A DNA stretch of 64,000 bases from an uncultured delta proteobacterium (lineage in GTDB: Bacteria > Desulfobacterota > Binatia > DP-6), in the NCBI GenBank assembly GCA_963815115.1, contig CAWFFN010000005.1, positions 256,001 through 320,000 on the forward strand, written 5' to 3'. Positions 55,170-64,000 of the stretch are shown in pieces. The notes beneath the pieces are model-generated. The model made no database searches. It had not been told where the DNA came from and saw only the letters and a list, made by a program, of their open reading frames with translations. The position numbers and the translations under genes are program-made. Within the stretch, counting starts at the first letter, position 1. Every line of letters begins with the position of its first letter.

Positions 55170-55550
55170 ATGGAACGCATCCCGATCCTCAAGATGGGCA
55201 ACTGCCTCCTGGTGAGCATCCAGGTGGACATGCACGACCGTCTCGCGATGACCCTGCAGGACGACCTGACGGCGCGCATCGCCGAGACGCGTGCCCGCGG
55301 CGTCCTGATCGACATCTCCGCGCTCGAGATCGTCGACTCCTTCATCGGTCGCATGCTCGCGAACATCGCCGCCATGGCGCGAGTGCTCGACGCGCGGACC
55401 GTGGTCGTCGGGATGCGTCCCGCGGTCGCCATCACCCTCGTGGAGCTGGGACTCTCGCTCCCGGGTGTGCGCACCGCGCTCAACGTCGAGCGCGGCATGG
55501 AGCTGATCGGCTTGCAGGCCGATGGACCGGATGGCCGTCGTCAAGCATGA
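55170..55550 (+). CDS. rsbS: RsbS anti-anti-sigma (STAS)
   Basis: IPILK, IDISALEIVDSF, GMRPAVAITLVELG. Confidence 0.93.
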   Translation: MERIPILKMGNCLLVSIQVDMHDRLAMTLQDDLTARIAETRARGVLIDISALEIVDSFIGRMLANIAAMARVLDARTVVVGMRPAVAITLVELGLSLPGVRTALNVERGMELIGLQADGPDGRRQA

Positions 55551-55935
55551 CACCCGCGCGCTGCGGGACAGCGAGGACGTGGTGAAGGTCCGCCAGACCG
55601 TGCGCGAGTGGTCCATCTCGTGCGGCTTCAGCCTGGTGGACCAGACGAAGATGGTGACCGCGGCCAGCGAGCTGGCACGCAACGCGGTCCTCCACGGCGG
55701 CGGGGGAACGGTCCGGCTCGAGACGCTGAACGACGGCGCGCGGCGGGGCCTGCGGGTCGTCTTCGAGGACGCGGGCCCCGGCATTCCGGACGTCACGCAG
55801 GCGCTGCGGGACGGCTTCACGACGGGATCCGGTCTCGGCCTCGGGCTCGGTGGAGCGCGCCGCCTGGTCAACGAGTTCGACATCGATTCACGCCCCGGCT
55901 CCGGCACGCGGGTGGCCATCACACGATGGAAGTGA
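55531..55935 (+). CDS. rsbT: RsbT serine/threonine kinase
   Basis: TAASELARN, D.GPGI.D...AL.DGF, GLGLGL.GA.RLV. Confidence 0.93.
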   Translation: MAVVKHDTRALRDSEDVVKVRQTVREWSISCGFSLVDQTKMVTAASELARNAVLHGGGGTVRLETLNDGARRGLRVVFEDAGPGIPDVTQALRDGFTTGSGLGLGLGGARRLVNEFDIDSRPGSGTRVAITRWK

Positions 55936-56948
55936 CCGAGCACGCCCTCCTCGACGTCCGGGACGCCAGCGGCGCGGGTCACGCGCGTCGCACGGCCGCC
56001 GGGCTCGCCGAGAAGATCGGCTTCTCCGCGGCCGAGATCGGACGGCTGGGGATCGTCGTGACGGAGGCGGCGACGAATCTCGTGAAGCACGGTGGCGGCG
56101 GTCAGCTCCTCCTGCGCACGCTCGGGTGCGGCGAGAGGCGCGGGGTCGGCGTGCTCGCGCTCGATCGCGGCCCCGGATTCACCAATCTCGCCGAGGCGAT
56201 GCGCGACGGATTCTCGAGCGCCGGCACGCCCGGTACCGGTCTCGGTGCCATCCGTCGGCTGTCCACGCAGTTCGACATCTACTCCGTCCCCGGTGCCGGC
56301 GCGGCGCTGATGGCCACGCTGTGGCCCGGCCGGGGGCCTGCGAACGTGCCGGGGCCGCTGGCGAGCGGCATCAACGTCGCCTGTCCGGGCGAGCACGTCT
56401 CGGGAGATGCCTGGGCGCTCCAGACGGCTCCCGAGCGCACGGTCATCCTCATGTCCGACGGGCTCGGCCACGGGGTGCTGGCCGCGGCCGCGTCGGAGGC
56501 CGCTGTAGCGATCTTCCGCCAGCGGGTCGGCCTCGCGCCACCGGAGATCGTCGAGCACATCCACGATGGCCTCCGTCCAACGCGAGGGGCCGCCGTAGCG
56601 GTCACCGAGATCGACAGCCGCCACGGCGTCATCCGCTTCGCCGGGATCGGGAACATCGCCGGAACGATCCTGGGGGACGGCCGCACCTGGAGCCTGGTGT
56701 CCCACCACGGGACCGCCGGGCACGACGTTCGGAAGATCCAGGAATTCTCGTATCCGTGGCCGGCGGGCGCGACGCTCGTGCTGCACTCCGACGGGCTCAC
56801 CTCGCACTGGACGTTCGACCGTCACCCGGGCCTCGCCGCCCGCCATCCCATGCTGATCGCCGGCATCCTCTATCGCGACTTCCGTCGCGGTCGTGACGAC
56901 ACCAGCGTCGTGGTGCTCCGGGAGGAGCCCGAATGCCCACGATCCTGA
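55926..56948 (+). CDS. rsbX: RsbX-like phosphatase with N-terminal ATPase domain (HATPase plus SpoIIE)
   Basis: EAATNLVKH, GTGLG; SGD, SDGLGHG, HSDGL, DDT. Confidence 0.85.
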   Translation: MEVTEHALLDVRDASGAGHARRTAAGLAEKIGFSAAEIGRLGIVVTEAATNLVKHGGGGQLLLRTLGCGERRGVGVLALDRGPGFTNLAEAMRDGFSSAGTPGTGLGAIRRLSTQFDIYSVPGAGAALMATLWPGRGPANVPGPLASGINVACPGEHVSGDAWALQTAPERTVILMSDGLGHGVLAAAASEAAVAIFRQRVGLAPPEIVEHIHDGLRPTRGAAVAVTEIDSRHGVIRFAGIGNIAGTILGDGRTWSLVSHHGTAGHDVRKIQEFSYPWPAGATLVLHSDGLTSHWTFDRHPGLAARHPMLIAGILYRDFRRGRDDTSVVVLREEPECPRS

Positions 56949-59056
56949 GAGTGGCGATCCGCTACGAGCGTGACGTGGTGCTTGCCCGCCAGCGCGCCCG
57001 GCAGATCGCCTCGCTGATCGGCTTCGACATCCAGGATCAGACGCGCATCGCCACCGCCGTGTCCGAGATCGCCCGAAACGCCTTCGAGTACGCGCGCGCC
57101 GGCGACGTCGAGTTCCGGCTCGAGGGTAGCACCCGGCCGCAGCTGCTCGTGGTCGAGGTCAAGGACCAGGGGCCGGGGATTCCCGACCTGCCGGCGGTCC
57201 TGGAAGGGCGGTATCGTTCCCGGACCGGCATGGGAGTCGGAATCGTCGGCGCACGGCGTCTGATGGACCGGTTCGAGGTCACATCGACATCCGGGGGCGG
57301 AACGACGGTCGCGCTCACCCGATTGCTGCCGCGAAGAGCCGGCGTTCTCTCCCCGGACGCCATCGCGGGGATGTCCGCAGCGATTCAGCGTGAGGCGCCG
57401 AGCGATCCGTTCGACGAGATCCAGCGGCAGAACCAGGAGCTGCTGCGCGCGCTCGACGAGCTGGGCCGGCGCCAGGAGGAGCTCGGGGCGCTGAACCGCG
57501 AGCTCGAGGACACCAACCGGGGCGTGGTGGCGCTGTATGCCGAGCTCGACGAGAAGGCCGACCACCTGCGGCGTGCGGACGAGATCAAGTCGCGCTTCCT
57601 CTCCAACATGACCCACGAGTTCCGGACGCCGGTCAACTCGATCCAGGCACTGGCACGCATCCTGCTCGACCGCACCGACGGGGACCTGAGCCCCGAGCAG
57701 GAGCGGCAGGTCACCTTCATCCGCAAGGCGGCCGACGCACTCGGCGAGCTGGTGAACGACCTCCTCGATCTCGCGAAGATCGAAGCCGGGAAGATCGTGG
57801 TACGTCCGATCGAGTTCGACGTCGGCCATCTGTTCGGTGCCCTCCGCGGCATGCTGAGGCCGCTGCTGGTGAACGAGTCGGTGGCGCTCGTCTTCGAGGA
57901 GCCGGAGGGCCTTCCCCCGCTCTACACCGACGAGGCGAAGGTCTCCCAGATTCTCCGCAACTTCCTCTCGAACGCGCTCAAGTTCACCGAGCGGGGCGAG
58001 GTGCGCGTCACGGCGCGCCAACTCGGGGACGAGAACGCGATCGCCTTCGCGGTCGCGGATACCGGCAGCGGGATCGCGGCCGAGGACCACGAGATGATCT
58101 TCCAGGAGTTCACCCAGATCGACAGCCCGCTCCAGCGCCGCGTCCAGGGAACGGGACTCGGCCTGCCGCTCTGCCGCAAGCTCGCCGAGCTGCTCGGCGG
58201 GCGCGTCAACGTCGCGAGCGAGCCGGGTGTGGGGTCGACGTTCACCGCGGTCATCCCCACGGTCTACGCGCCGTTCATGGGCCCCACGCCCACCTGGGAG
58301 GTCGACCCGCGGCGAGTACCGATACTGGTGGTCGAGGACAGCAGCGAGACGCTCCTGGTGTACGACAAGATGCTCGGCAGCGCGGGATTTCAGGTGCTGG
58401 GCGCGCGCTCCGTGCGCGAGGCGCGCGACGCGCTGGCGAGCTTTCGGCCGCGCGCGATCATCCTCGACATCATGCTCAAGGGGGAGGATGCCTGGACTCT
58501 GCTCACCGAGCTGAAGCGCAGCCCCGATCTCCAGGACATCCCGGTGGCCGTGGTGAGCACGGTGGAGGACGAGCGCAAGGCGCTGGCCCTGGGCGCGGAC
58601 GTCTACTGCCGCAAGCCGCTCGACCGCCAGACGCTTCTCGGGATCGTGGCGCCGCTCGCGGCGCCCGGCACCAGCAAGCGCGTGCTCGTCGCGGACGACG
58701 AGGAGATCTCGCGCTACGTGCTCCGCCAGCATCTCCTCGCCGCGCGCCACGTGATCTCCGAGGCGGCGACCGGCGAGGAAGCGCTGCGACTCGCGCGCGC
58801 CGAGCGTCCCGATCTGATCTGTCTCGATCTCGAGATGCCGGACATCGGAGGCACCGAGGTCCTGCGCCTCCTCCGGGCAGATCCCGGGACGCGAGACATT
58901 CCGGTGGTGGTCGTCACCGCGACACCCCTCGACGACGCCGGCCGGCGCCGGCTGGGAGAGCTCGCGGCACACGTCCTCACCAAGGACGCGGTCACGTGCG
59001 AGCAGGTGCTCGCCGCCGTGAACGCCGCGATGCGCGGGCCGGAGGGAGCGGCGTAG
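56933..59056 (+). CDS. Hybrid histidine kinase: RsbT-like domain, HisKA, HATPase, two REC domains
   Basis: TAVSEIARNA, NMTHEFRTP, NALKFT, GTGLGL, two receiver domains. Confidence 0.92.
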   Translation: MPTILRVAIRYERDVVLARQRARQIASLIGFDIQDQTRIATAVSEIARNAFEYARAGDVEFRLEGSTRPQLLVVEVKDQGPGIPDLPAVLEGRYRSRTGMGVGIVGARRLMDRFEVTSTSGGGTTVALTRLLPRRAGVLSPDAIAGMSAAIQREAPSDPFDEIQRQNQELLRALDELGRRQEELGALNRELEDTNRGVVALYAELDEKADHLRRADEIKSRFLSNMTHEFRTPVNSIQALARILLDRTDGDLSPEQERQVTFIRKAADALGELVNDLLDLAKIEAGKIVVRPIEFDVGHLFGALRGMLRPLLVNESVALVFEEPEGLPPLYTDEAKVSQILRNFLSNALKFTERGEVRVTARQLGDENAIAFAVADTGSGIAAEDHEMIFQEFTQIDSPLQRRVQGTGLGLPLCRKLAELLGGRVNVASEPGVGSTFTAVIPTVYAPFMGPTPTWEVDPRRVPILVVEDSSETLLVYDKMLGSAGFQVLGARSVREARDALASFRPRAIILDIMLKGEDAWTLLTELKRSPDLQDIPVAVVSTVEDERKALALGADVYCRKPLDRQTLLGIVAPLAAPGTSKRVLVADDEEISRYVLRQHLLAARHVISEAATGEEALRLARAERPDLICLDLEMPDIGGTEVLRLLRADPGTRDIPVVVVTATPLDDAGRRRLGELAAHVLTKDAVTCEQVLAAVNAAMRGPEGAA

Positions 59057-59059
59057 GCG

Positions 59060-60667
59060 ATGTCCCCGTCGGAAAAGAGCCTCATCCTGGTGGTCGACGA
59101 CAACGAGGTGGGGCGCTACACGAAAACGCGCATCCTGCGCGACGCGGGGTACGAGGTCATCGAGACGGCGACCGGTGACAGCGCCCTGCGCCTGACCGTC
59201 GAGCGCGCGCCGCGGCTGATCCTCCTCGACGTGAATCTGCCCGGGGTGGACGGATTGGAGGTGTGCCGGCGTCTCAAGGCCGATCCCGCCACGGCCTCGG
59301 TGGCCGTTCTCCAGGTCTCGGCCACCCACGTACGAGAGGAGGACACGGTCCGCGCCCTCGAGGGCGGGGCCGACGCTTCCCTCACCGAGCCGATCGAGCC
59401 GGCGGTCCTGGTCGCGACCGTGCGGGCGCTGCTGCGCGCGCGCCTGGCGGAGGACGCCCTGCGCGAGGCGCTGGCGCGCGAACAGGTCACGCGCGCGGCC
59501 GCGGAGGCCGCCAACCGCACGAAGGACGAGTTCCTCGCGACGCTGTCGCACGAGCTGCGCTCGCCGCTGGGGGTGATCCTCACCTGGGTGGCGCTCCTGC
59601 GCTCGGGCCGCATCGACGAGGCCGGGAAGAGCCGCGCACTCGAAGCGATCGAGCGCAACACCCGGCACCAGGCGAAGCTGATCGAGGACCTGCTCGACGT
59701 GTCGCGCATCATCTCGGGCAAGATGCACCTCGACGTCGGTATCGTGAGCCTGACCGACGTGGTCGAGGCGGCCCTCGAGGGCGTGCGCCACGCCGCCGAC
59801 GCGAAAGCCATCCGCATCGAGGTCGTCCCGGACGCGGCGGTGGCGCCGGTATCGGGAGACCCGGCACGCCTGCAGCAGGTGATCTGGAACCTCCTCTCCA
59901 ACGCCATCAAGTTCACGTCGCGGGGCGGCCGGGTGACCGTGCATGTCGAGCGAGTGCAGTCGCATGCGCAGATCGAGGTCAAGGACAGCGGTCGCGGCAT
60001 CGACCCCGCCTTCCTGCCCCACATCTTCGAACGCTTCCGGCAGGCGGACTCGTCGACGACGCGCTCCGACGGGGGCCTCGGTCTCGGGCTCGCCATCGTG
60101 CGTCACCTCGTCGAGCTGCACGGCGGGACCGTCCGGGCAGAAAGCGGCGGGTTCGGGGAGGGAAGCACGTTCACGGTGCGCCTGCCGCTCCGGGCCGTCG
60201 ACTTCCCCGCTACCGCGGCGCTCCCGGTCCGCACCTCGCGACCGCCTACGCCGGCCCTCCCTCTGCCCGACCTGAACGGCGTGCACGTGCTGGTGCTCGA
60301 CGACGAGCCCGACGCGCGCGAGGCGCTCGCCGCGGTGCTGGAAGGCTGCTCGGCGCGGGTAACGGCGGTGGCGACGGTCCGGGAAGGGCTGGCTGCCGTC
60401 GAGCGCGGCGAGGCACAGGTCGTCGTGAGCGACATCGCGATGCCGAGCGAGGACGGCTATCGCTTCATCGTCGAGCTGCGCCAGCTGCCCGCGGACCGGG
60501 GTGGCACGCTGCCGGTCATCGCGCTCACCGCGCATGCGGGGGTCCACGAGCGCCAGCGGATTCTTGCGGCCGGCTTCGACGAGTATCTCGCGAAGCCGAT
60601 CGAGCCGCGCGAGCTGGTGGCCACCGTCGCCCGCATGGCGGCGCGCTCGAGCCCGGCGCCGACCTGA
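59060..60667 (+). CDS. Hybrid histidine kinase REC-HisKA-HATPase-REC
   Basis: VVDDN, LSHELRSP, NAIKFT, GLGLGL, SDIAMP, KP. Confidence 0.93.
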   Translation: MSPSEKSLILVVDDNEVGRYTKTRILRDAGYEVIETATGDSALRLTVERAPRLILLDVNLPGVDGLEVCRRLKADPATASVAVLQVSATHVREEDTVRALEGGADASLTEPIEPAVLVATVRALLRARLAEDALREALAREQVTRAAAEAANRTKDEFLATLSHELRSPLGVILTWVALLRSGRIDEAGKSRALEAIERNTRHQAKLIEDLLDVSRIISGKMHLDVGIVSLTDVVEAALEGVRHAADAKAIRIEVVPDAAVAPVSGDPARLQQVIWNLLSNAIKFTSRGGRVTVHVERVQSHAQIEVKDSGRGIDPAFLPHIFERFRQADSSTTRSDGGLGLGLAIVRHLVELHGGTVRAESGGFGEGSTFTVRLPLRAVDFPATAALPVRTSRPPTPALPLPDLNGVHVLVLDDEPDAREALAAVLEGCSARVTAVATVREGLAAVERGEAQVVVSDIAMPSEDGYRFIVELRQLPADRGGTLPVIALTAHAGVHERQRILAAGFDEYLAKPIEPRELVATVARMAARSSPAPT

Positions 60668-60823
60668 CGCCGGGCGGCCGGTGTGAGCGGTCAACCGGAT
60701 GGCCCGCCGCTACGTTGCCTGGAATCGAGGAGTCGTCCTGGTGGACCGGATCGCATACCTCCCGCCCGTATTCCGGGGATCCTGGGCACGACTGCCCGCG
60801 TCTGGGGCCGGCCACCGAGCGAG

Positions 60824-62068
60824 ATGACGGGCCGCGTCCGTACGTGGTCCATCGCGCTGGGGCTGATCCTGGCGGGCGCGCTGGGGTATTCCTACTGGCG
60901 GCGGGGACCGCAGGCCCCGGCCTACGTCACCGCAGAGGTCACGCGCGGACCGGTCGTCCGCACCATCACGACCACCGGCGCCGTCGACCCCGTCATCACC
61001 GTCCAGGTGGGGGCGTACGTCTCGGGCACGATCCAGGCCTCCTACTGCGACTACAACACCCAGGTGAAGCCGGGCCAGCTGTGCGCCAAGATCGATCCTC
61101 GCCCCTACCAGGTCGTCGTGGACCAGGATGCCGCCAACCTGGCGAACGCCCAGGCACAGCTGAAGAAGGACGAGGCGAGCCTGACGTACGCCAGGATCAG
61201 CTACCAGCGCGATCAGGGGTTGCTCGGCCGCGGGATCGTGTCGCGGGACACCGTCGACAACGACAAGAGCACGTACGATCAGGCCGTCGCCCAGGTGAAG
61301 GTCGACGAGTCGACCATCCAGCAACGCCAGGCGGAGCTGCACGCGGCGCAGGTGAATCTCGACTACACCAACATCATCTCGCCGGTGGAGGGAACCGTCG
61401 TCTCCCGCAACATCACCATCGGACAGACCGTCGCGGCGAGCTTCCAGACGCCCACCCTGTTCCTCATCGCCCAGGACCTCACCAAGATGCAGGTCGACAC
61501 CAACGTGAGCGAGACCGACGTCGGCAATGCCAGGGTGGGCCAGAAGGCGTCGTTCACCGTCGAGGCGTATCCGGAACGGACCTTCTGGGGCACGGTCGCG
61601 CAGGTCCGCGAGGCCCCGATCACGGTGCAGAACGTCGTGACCTACGACGTCGTGGTGAGCGTCGACAACCCGGACTTCGCACTCCTGCCCGGGATGACGG
61701 CGAACACGCGCATCGTCACCGAGGAGCGTGACGACGTGGTGCGGGTGCCGCTGAAGGCGCTGCGGTTCGCGCCCCGCGGGGTGGAACACGCCGACACGCA
61801 CCCGCGGGGCGACTCTGCAGCGAGCGCGTCCGAGCGGCCGGCCGGCCGTCACAAGGGCGATGCGGCGGGCGTGTGGGTGCTGCGGGATGGCTCCCCGGCG
61901 CGCGTCCCGGTCGTCACCGGCCTGACCGACGCCACCTTCGCGGAGGTGTCACGGGGTGATCTCCAGCCCGGCGATCACGTGATCGTCGACCAGGTCACTC
62001 ACGAGCAGTCGGAAGCCAGGCCGAATCCGCAGGGCGCCGCCGCACGGCCGCGCTTCCGCGGCTTCTGA
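60824..62068 (+). CDS. MacA-like periplasmic adaptor (membrane fusion protein)
   Basis: N-terminal TM, VGAYVSG.I, ISPV.G.V.SR, GQTVAASFQTPTLF, PGMTA. Confidence 0.9.
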   Translation: MTGRVRTWSIALGLILAGALGYSYWRRGPQAPAYVTAEVTRGPVVRTITTTGAVDPVITVQVGAYVSGTIQASYCDYNTQVKPGQLCAKIDPRPYQVVVDQDAANLANAQAQLKKDEASLTYARISYQRDQGLLGRGIVSRDTVDNDKSTYDQAVAQVKVDESTIQQRQAELHAAQVNLDYTNIISPVEGTVVSRNITIGQTVAASFQTPTLFLIAQDLTKMQVDTNVSETDVGNARVGQKASFTVEAYPERTFWGTVAQVREAPITVQNVVTYDVVVSVDNPDFALLPGMTANTRIVTEERDDVVRVPLKALRFAPRGVEHADTHPRGDSAASASERPAGRHKGDAAGVWVLRDGSPARVPVVTGLTDATFAEVSRGDLQPGDHVIVDQVTHEQSEARPNPQGAAARPRFRGF

Positions 62069-62082
62069 CGGGTGGTCGGACC

Positions 62083-64000
62083 GTGTCCGGACCGATCATC
62101 GACGTGCGCGACGTCAGCAAGGTCTACCGGCTCGGCGACGTCGAGGTCCACGCGCTGCGCGGGGTCAGCCTCACCGTGCAGCAGGGGGATTTCGTCGCGA
62201 TCATGGGGGCGTCCGGATCGGGCAAGTCGACGCTGATGCACATCCTCGGCTGCCTCGACCGACCGACCGGCGGGCAATACCTGCTCGAGGGCGTCGACGT
62301 CGCGGCCCTGGACGAATCGGCGCTGGCTCGCATCCGGAGCCGTCGCATCGGGTTCGTGTTCCAGAGCTTCAACCTGCTCGCACGGGCCAGCGCGCTCGAG
62401 AACGTCTCGCTGCCGCTCTTCTACTCGGGGTGGTCGTCGGACAGCACGGCACGCGCACGCGAGGCGCTGCACCTCCTCGGCCTGCAAGGTCGCGAGCACA
62501 GCTTCCCGAGCCAGCTCTCCGGCGGCCAGCAGCAGCGCGTGGCGATCGCGCGCGCCCTGATCAACGACCCGGCCATCCTGCTGGCAGACGAGCCGACGGG
62601 GAATCTCGACTCGCAGACGGCGGGCGAGATCATGACCACCATCCGGGCGCTCAACCGCGAGCGCGGCGTCACGGTCGTCCTGGTGACCCACGAGCCCGAC
62701 ATGGCGGCGTTCGCCGATCGCGTGATCACCGTGCGTGACGGGCTCATCGTCTCCGACCGGCGCACTGCCCCGCCGCCGGTGATGCCGTCGCGCGCGCCGG
62801 CGGATGGCGTCACCTCGGCCGCGCGAGACGCCTCGGCTCCCACCCTGGGCACGGCGTGGTCGTTCGGCCGCATGGCGCTGGTCGCCGCGGCGCGCGCGCT
62901 CGCGCGCAACAAGCTGCGCTCGGCGCTGACCGTGCTCGGGGTCTTCATCGGCGTCGCGGCGCTCATCGCGATGGTGGCCGTGGGGCAGGGGGCGAACGCG
63001 GCCGTGGAAGCCGAGATCGCCAGCCTCGGCACCAACCTGCTCGTCGTCCTGCCCGGGGCCACGACCAGCAGCGGCGTGCGGGCGGGATTCGGCAGCGCGT
63101 CGACGCTCACCGTGGGCGACGCGGAGGCGATCCTGCGGGACGATGCTGCCGTCTCCGCCGTCGGCTATCTCGACCGCCAGGTCGCACAGGTCACGTACGG
63201 GAACCAGAACTGGAGCACCAGCATCCAGGGGGTCACGCCGAGCTATCTGCCGATCAGGAACTGGGGGGTCGCCGCGGGCCGCGCGCTGTCCGAGGCGGAC
63301 GAACGGGACGCCGCCCGCGTCTGTCTCCTCGGCCCGACGGTACTGAAGAACCTGTTCGGCGAGCATCAGGATCCGGTCGGCGCCACGGTGCTGGTGAAAG
63401 GCGTCCCGATGGAGGTGATCGGGGTCCTCGCGAGCAAGGGGCAGTCCGGCTTCGGGCAGGATCAGGACGACGTGATCATGATCCCGTTCACGACGGCGGA
63501 GCTCAAGGTGCTGGGGGTGGCCGCGCCCAGCACCGTGGCGGCGTCGACCAACCCGCTCTTCGTGGCGCCCGTCAATCCGCTCGGCATCCAGCCGAAGCTG
63601 ACCGGCTTCGTCCACAACGTCTACGTTCAGGCGCGAAGCCCCGGGCAGGTGCAGGGCGCGTTGCGCCAGATCACGGAGACGCTGTCGCAGCGTCATCACA
63701 TCCAGCCGGGGCAGACCAAGGACTTCAGCGTCAACAACCTGAGCGACATCACGAGCGCTGCCGAGGACAGCAGCCGCGTCATGGCGCTGCTCCTGGCGAC
63801 GGTGGCCTCGATCTCCCTCGTCGTCGGCGGCATCGGCATCATGAACATCCTCCTCGTGTCGGTGACCGAGCGGACGCGAGAGATCGGCATCCGCATGGCG
63901 ATCGGGGCTCGGCGGGTGCACGTCCTCCTGCAGTTCCTGGTCGAGGCGGTGCTGCTCAGCGCCATCGGCGGCGGCAGCGGCGTGCTGACGGGAAACGCCG
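62083..64000 (+). CDS. MacB-like ABC ATPase-permease fusion; runs off the window end
   Basis: Manual translation: GASGSGKST, LSGGQQQRVAIARAL, ADEPTGNLD, NKLRSALTVLG, GGIGIMNI.LVSVTERTREIGIR. Confidence 0.92.
   Translation, partial: MSGPIIDVRDVSKVYRLGDVEVHALRGVSLTVQQGDFVAIMGASGSGKSTLMHILGCLDRPTGGQYLLEGVDVAALDESALARIRSRRIGFVFQSFNLLARASALENVSLPLFYSGWSSDSTARAREALHLLGLQGREHSFPSQLSGGQQQRVAIARALINDPAILLADEPTGNLDSQTAGEIMTTIRALNRERGVTVVLVTHEPDMAAFADRVITVRDGLIVSDRRTAPPPVMPSRAPADGVTSAARDASAPTLGTAWSFGRMALVAAARALARNKLRSALTVLGVFIGVAALIAMVAVGQGANAAVEAEIASLGTNLLVVLPGATTSSGVRAGFGSASTLTVGDAEAILRDDAAVSAVGYLDRQVAQVTYGNQNWSTSIQGVTPSYLPIRNWGVAAGRALSEADERDAARVCLLGPTVLKNLFGEHQDPVGATVLVKGVPMEVIGVLASKGQSGFGQDQDDVIMIPFTTAELKVLGVAAPSTVAASTNPLFVAPVNPLGIQPKLTGFVHNVYVQARSPGQVQGALRQITETLSQRHHIQPGQTKDFSVNNLSDITSAAEDSSRVMALLLATVASISLVVGGIGIMNILLVSVTERTREIGIRMAIGARRVHVLLQFLVEAVLLSAIGGGSGVLTGNA

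Overview
Very GC-rich, gene-dense bacterial chromosomal segment of about 60 CDS. The gene content (many acyl-CoA ligases and enoyl-CoA hydratases, P450, DUF4215 and DUF4331 proteins) is suggestive of an uncultured Binatia/deltaproteobacteria-like organism; this is inference only. I see no rRNA, tRNA, CRISPR array, integrase or transposase. Main blocks: (i) housekeeping and lipid genes (glgP fragment, dcd, P450, PuuD-like membrane protein); (ii) a surface-glycan block (8.9-15.6 kb) with a giant methyltransferase/coiled-coil/repeat/GT4/GT2 protein and three SAM methyltransferases; (iii) a NodIJ-like ABC exporter and two toxin-antitoxin cassettes (MazEF-like, VapBC-like); (iv) a divergent locus at 22.3-24.7 kb in which an ECF sigma factor plus an Ogt with an anti-sigma-like N-terminus sit back to back with a stand-alone adenylate cyclase plus a second Ogt, joined by two mirror-image copies of the same ECF-type promoter. 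This is the best candidate for an undescribed system, a sigma-factor-based alkylation response; (v) acyl-CoA catabolic operons (34.8-47.9 kb) with a shared PsrA-like operator; (vi) an EfpL/YeiP-type EF-P paralog; (vii) DUF4331-TPR, an RsbRST(X) stressosome wired to two hybrid histidine kinases, and MacAB. Three genes carry single-base frameshifts (assembly error or pseudogene). Many genes appear to be leaderless. All family assignments come from motif recognition by eye; no database searches were run.
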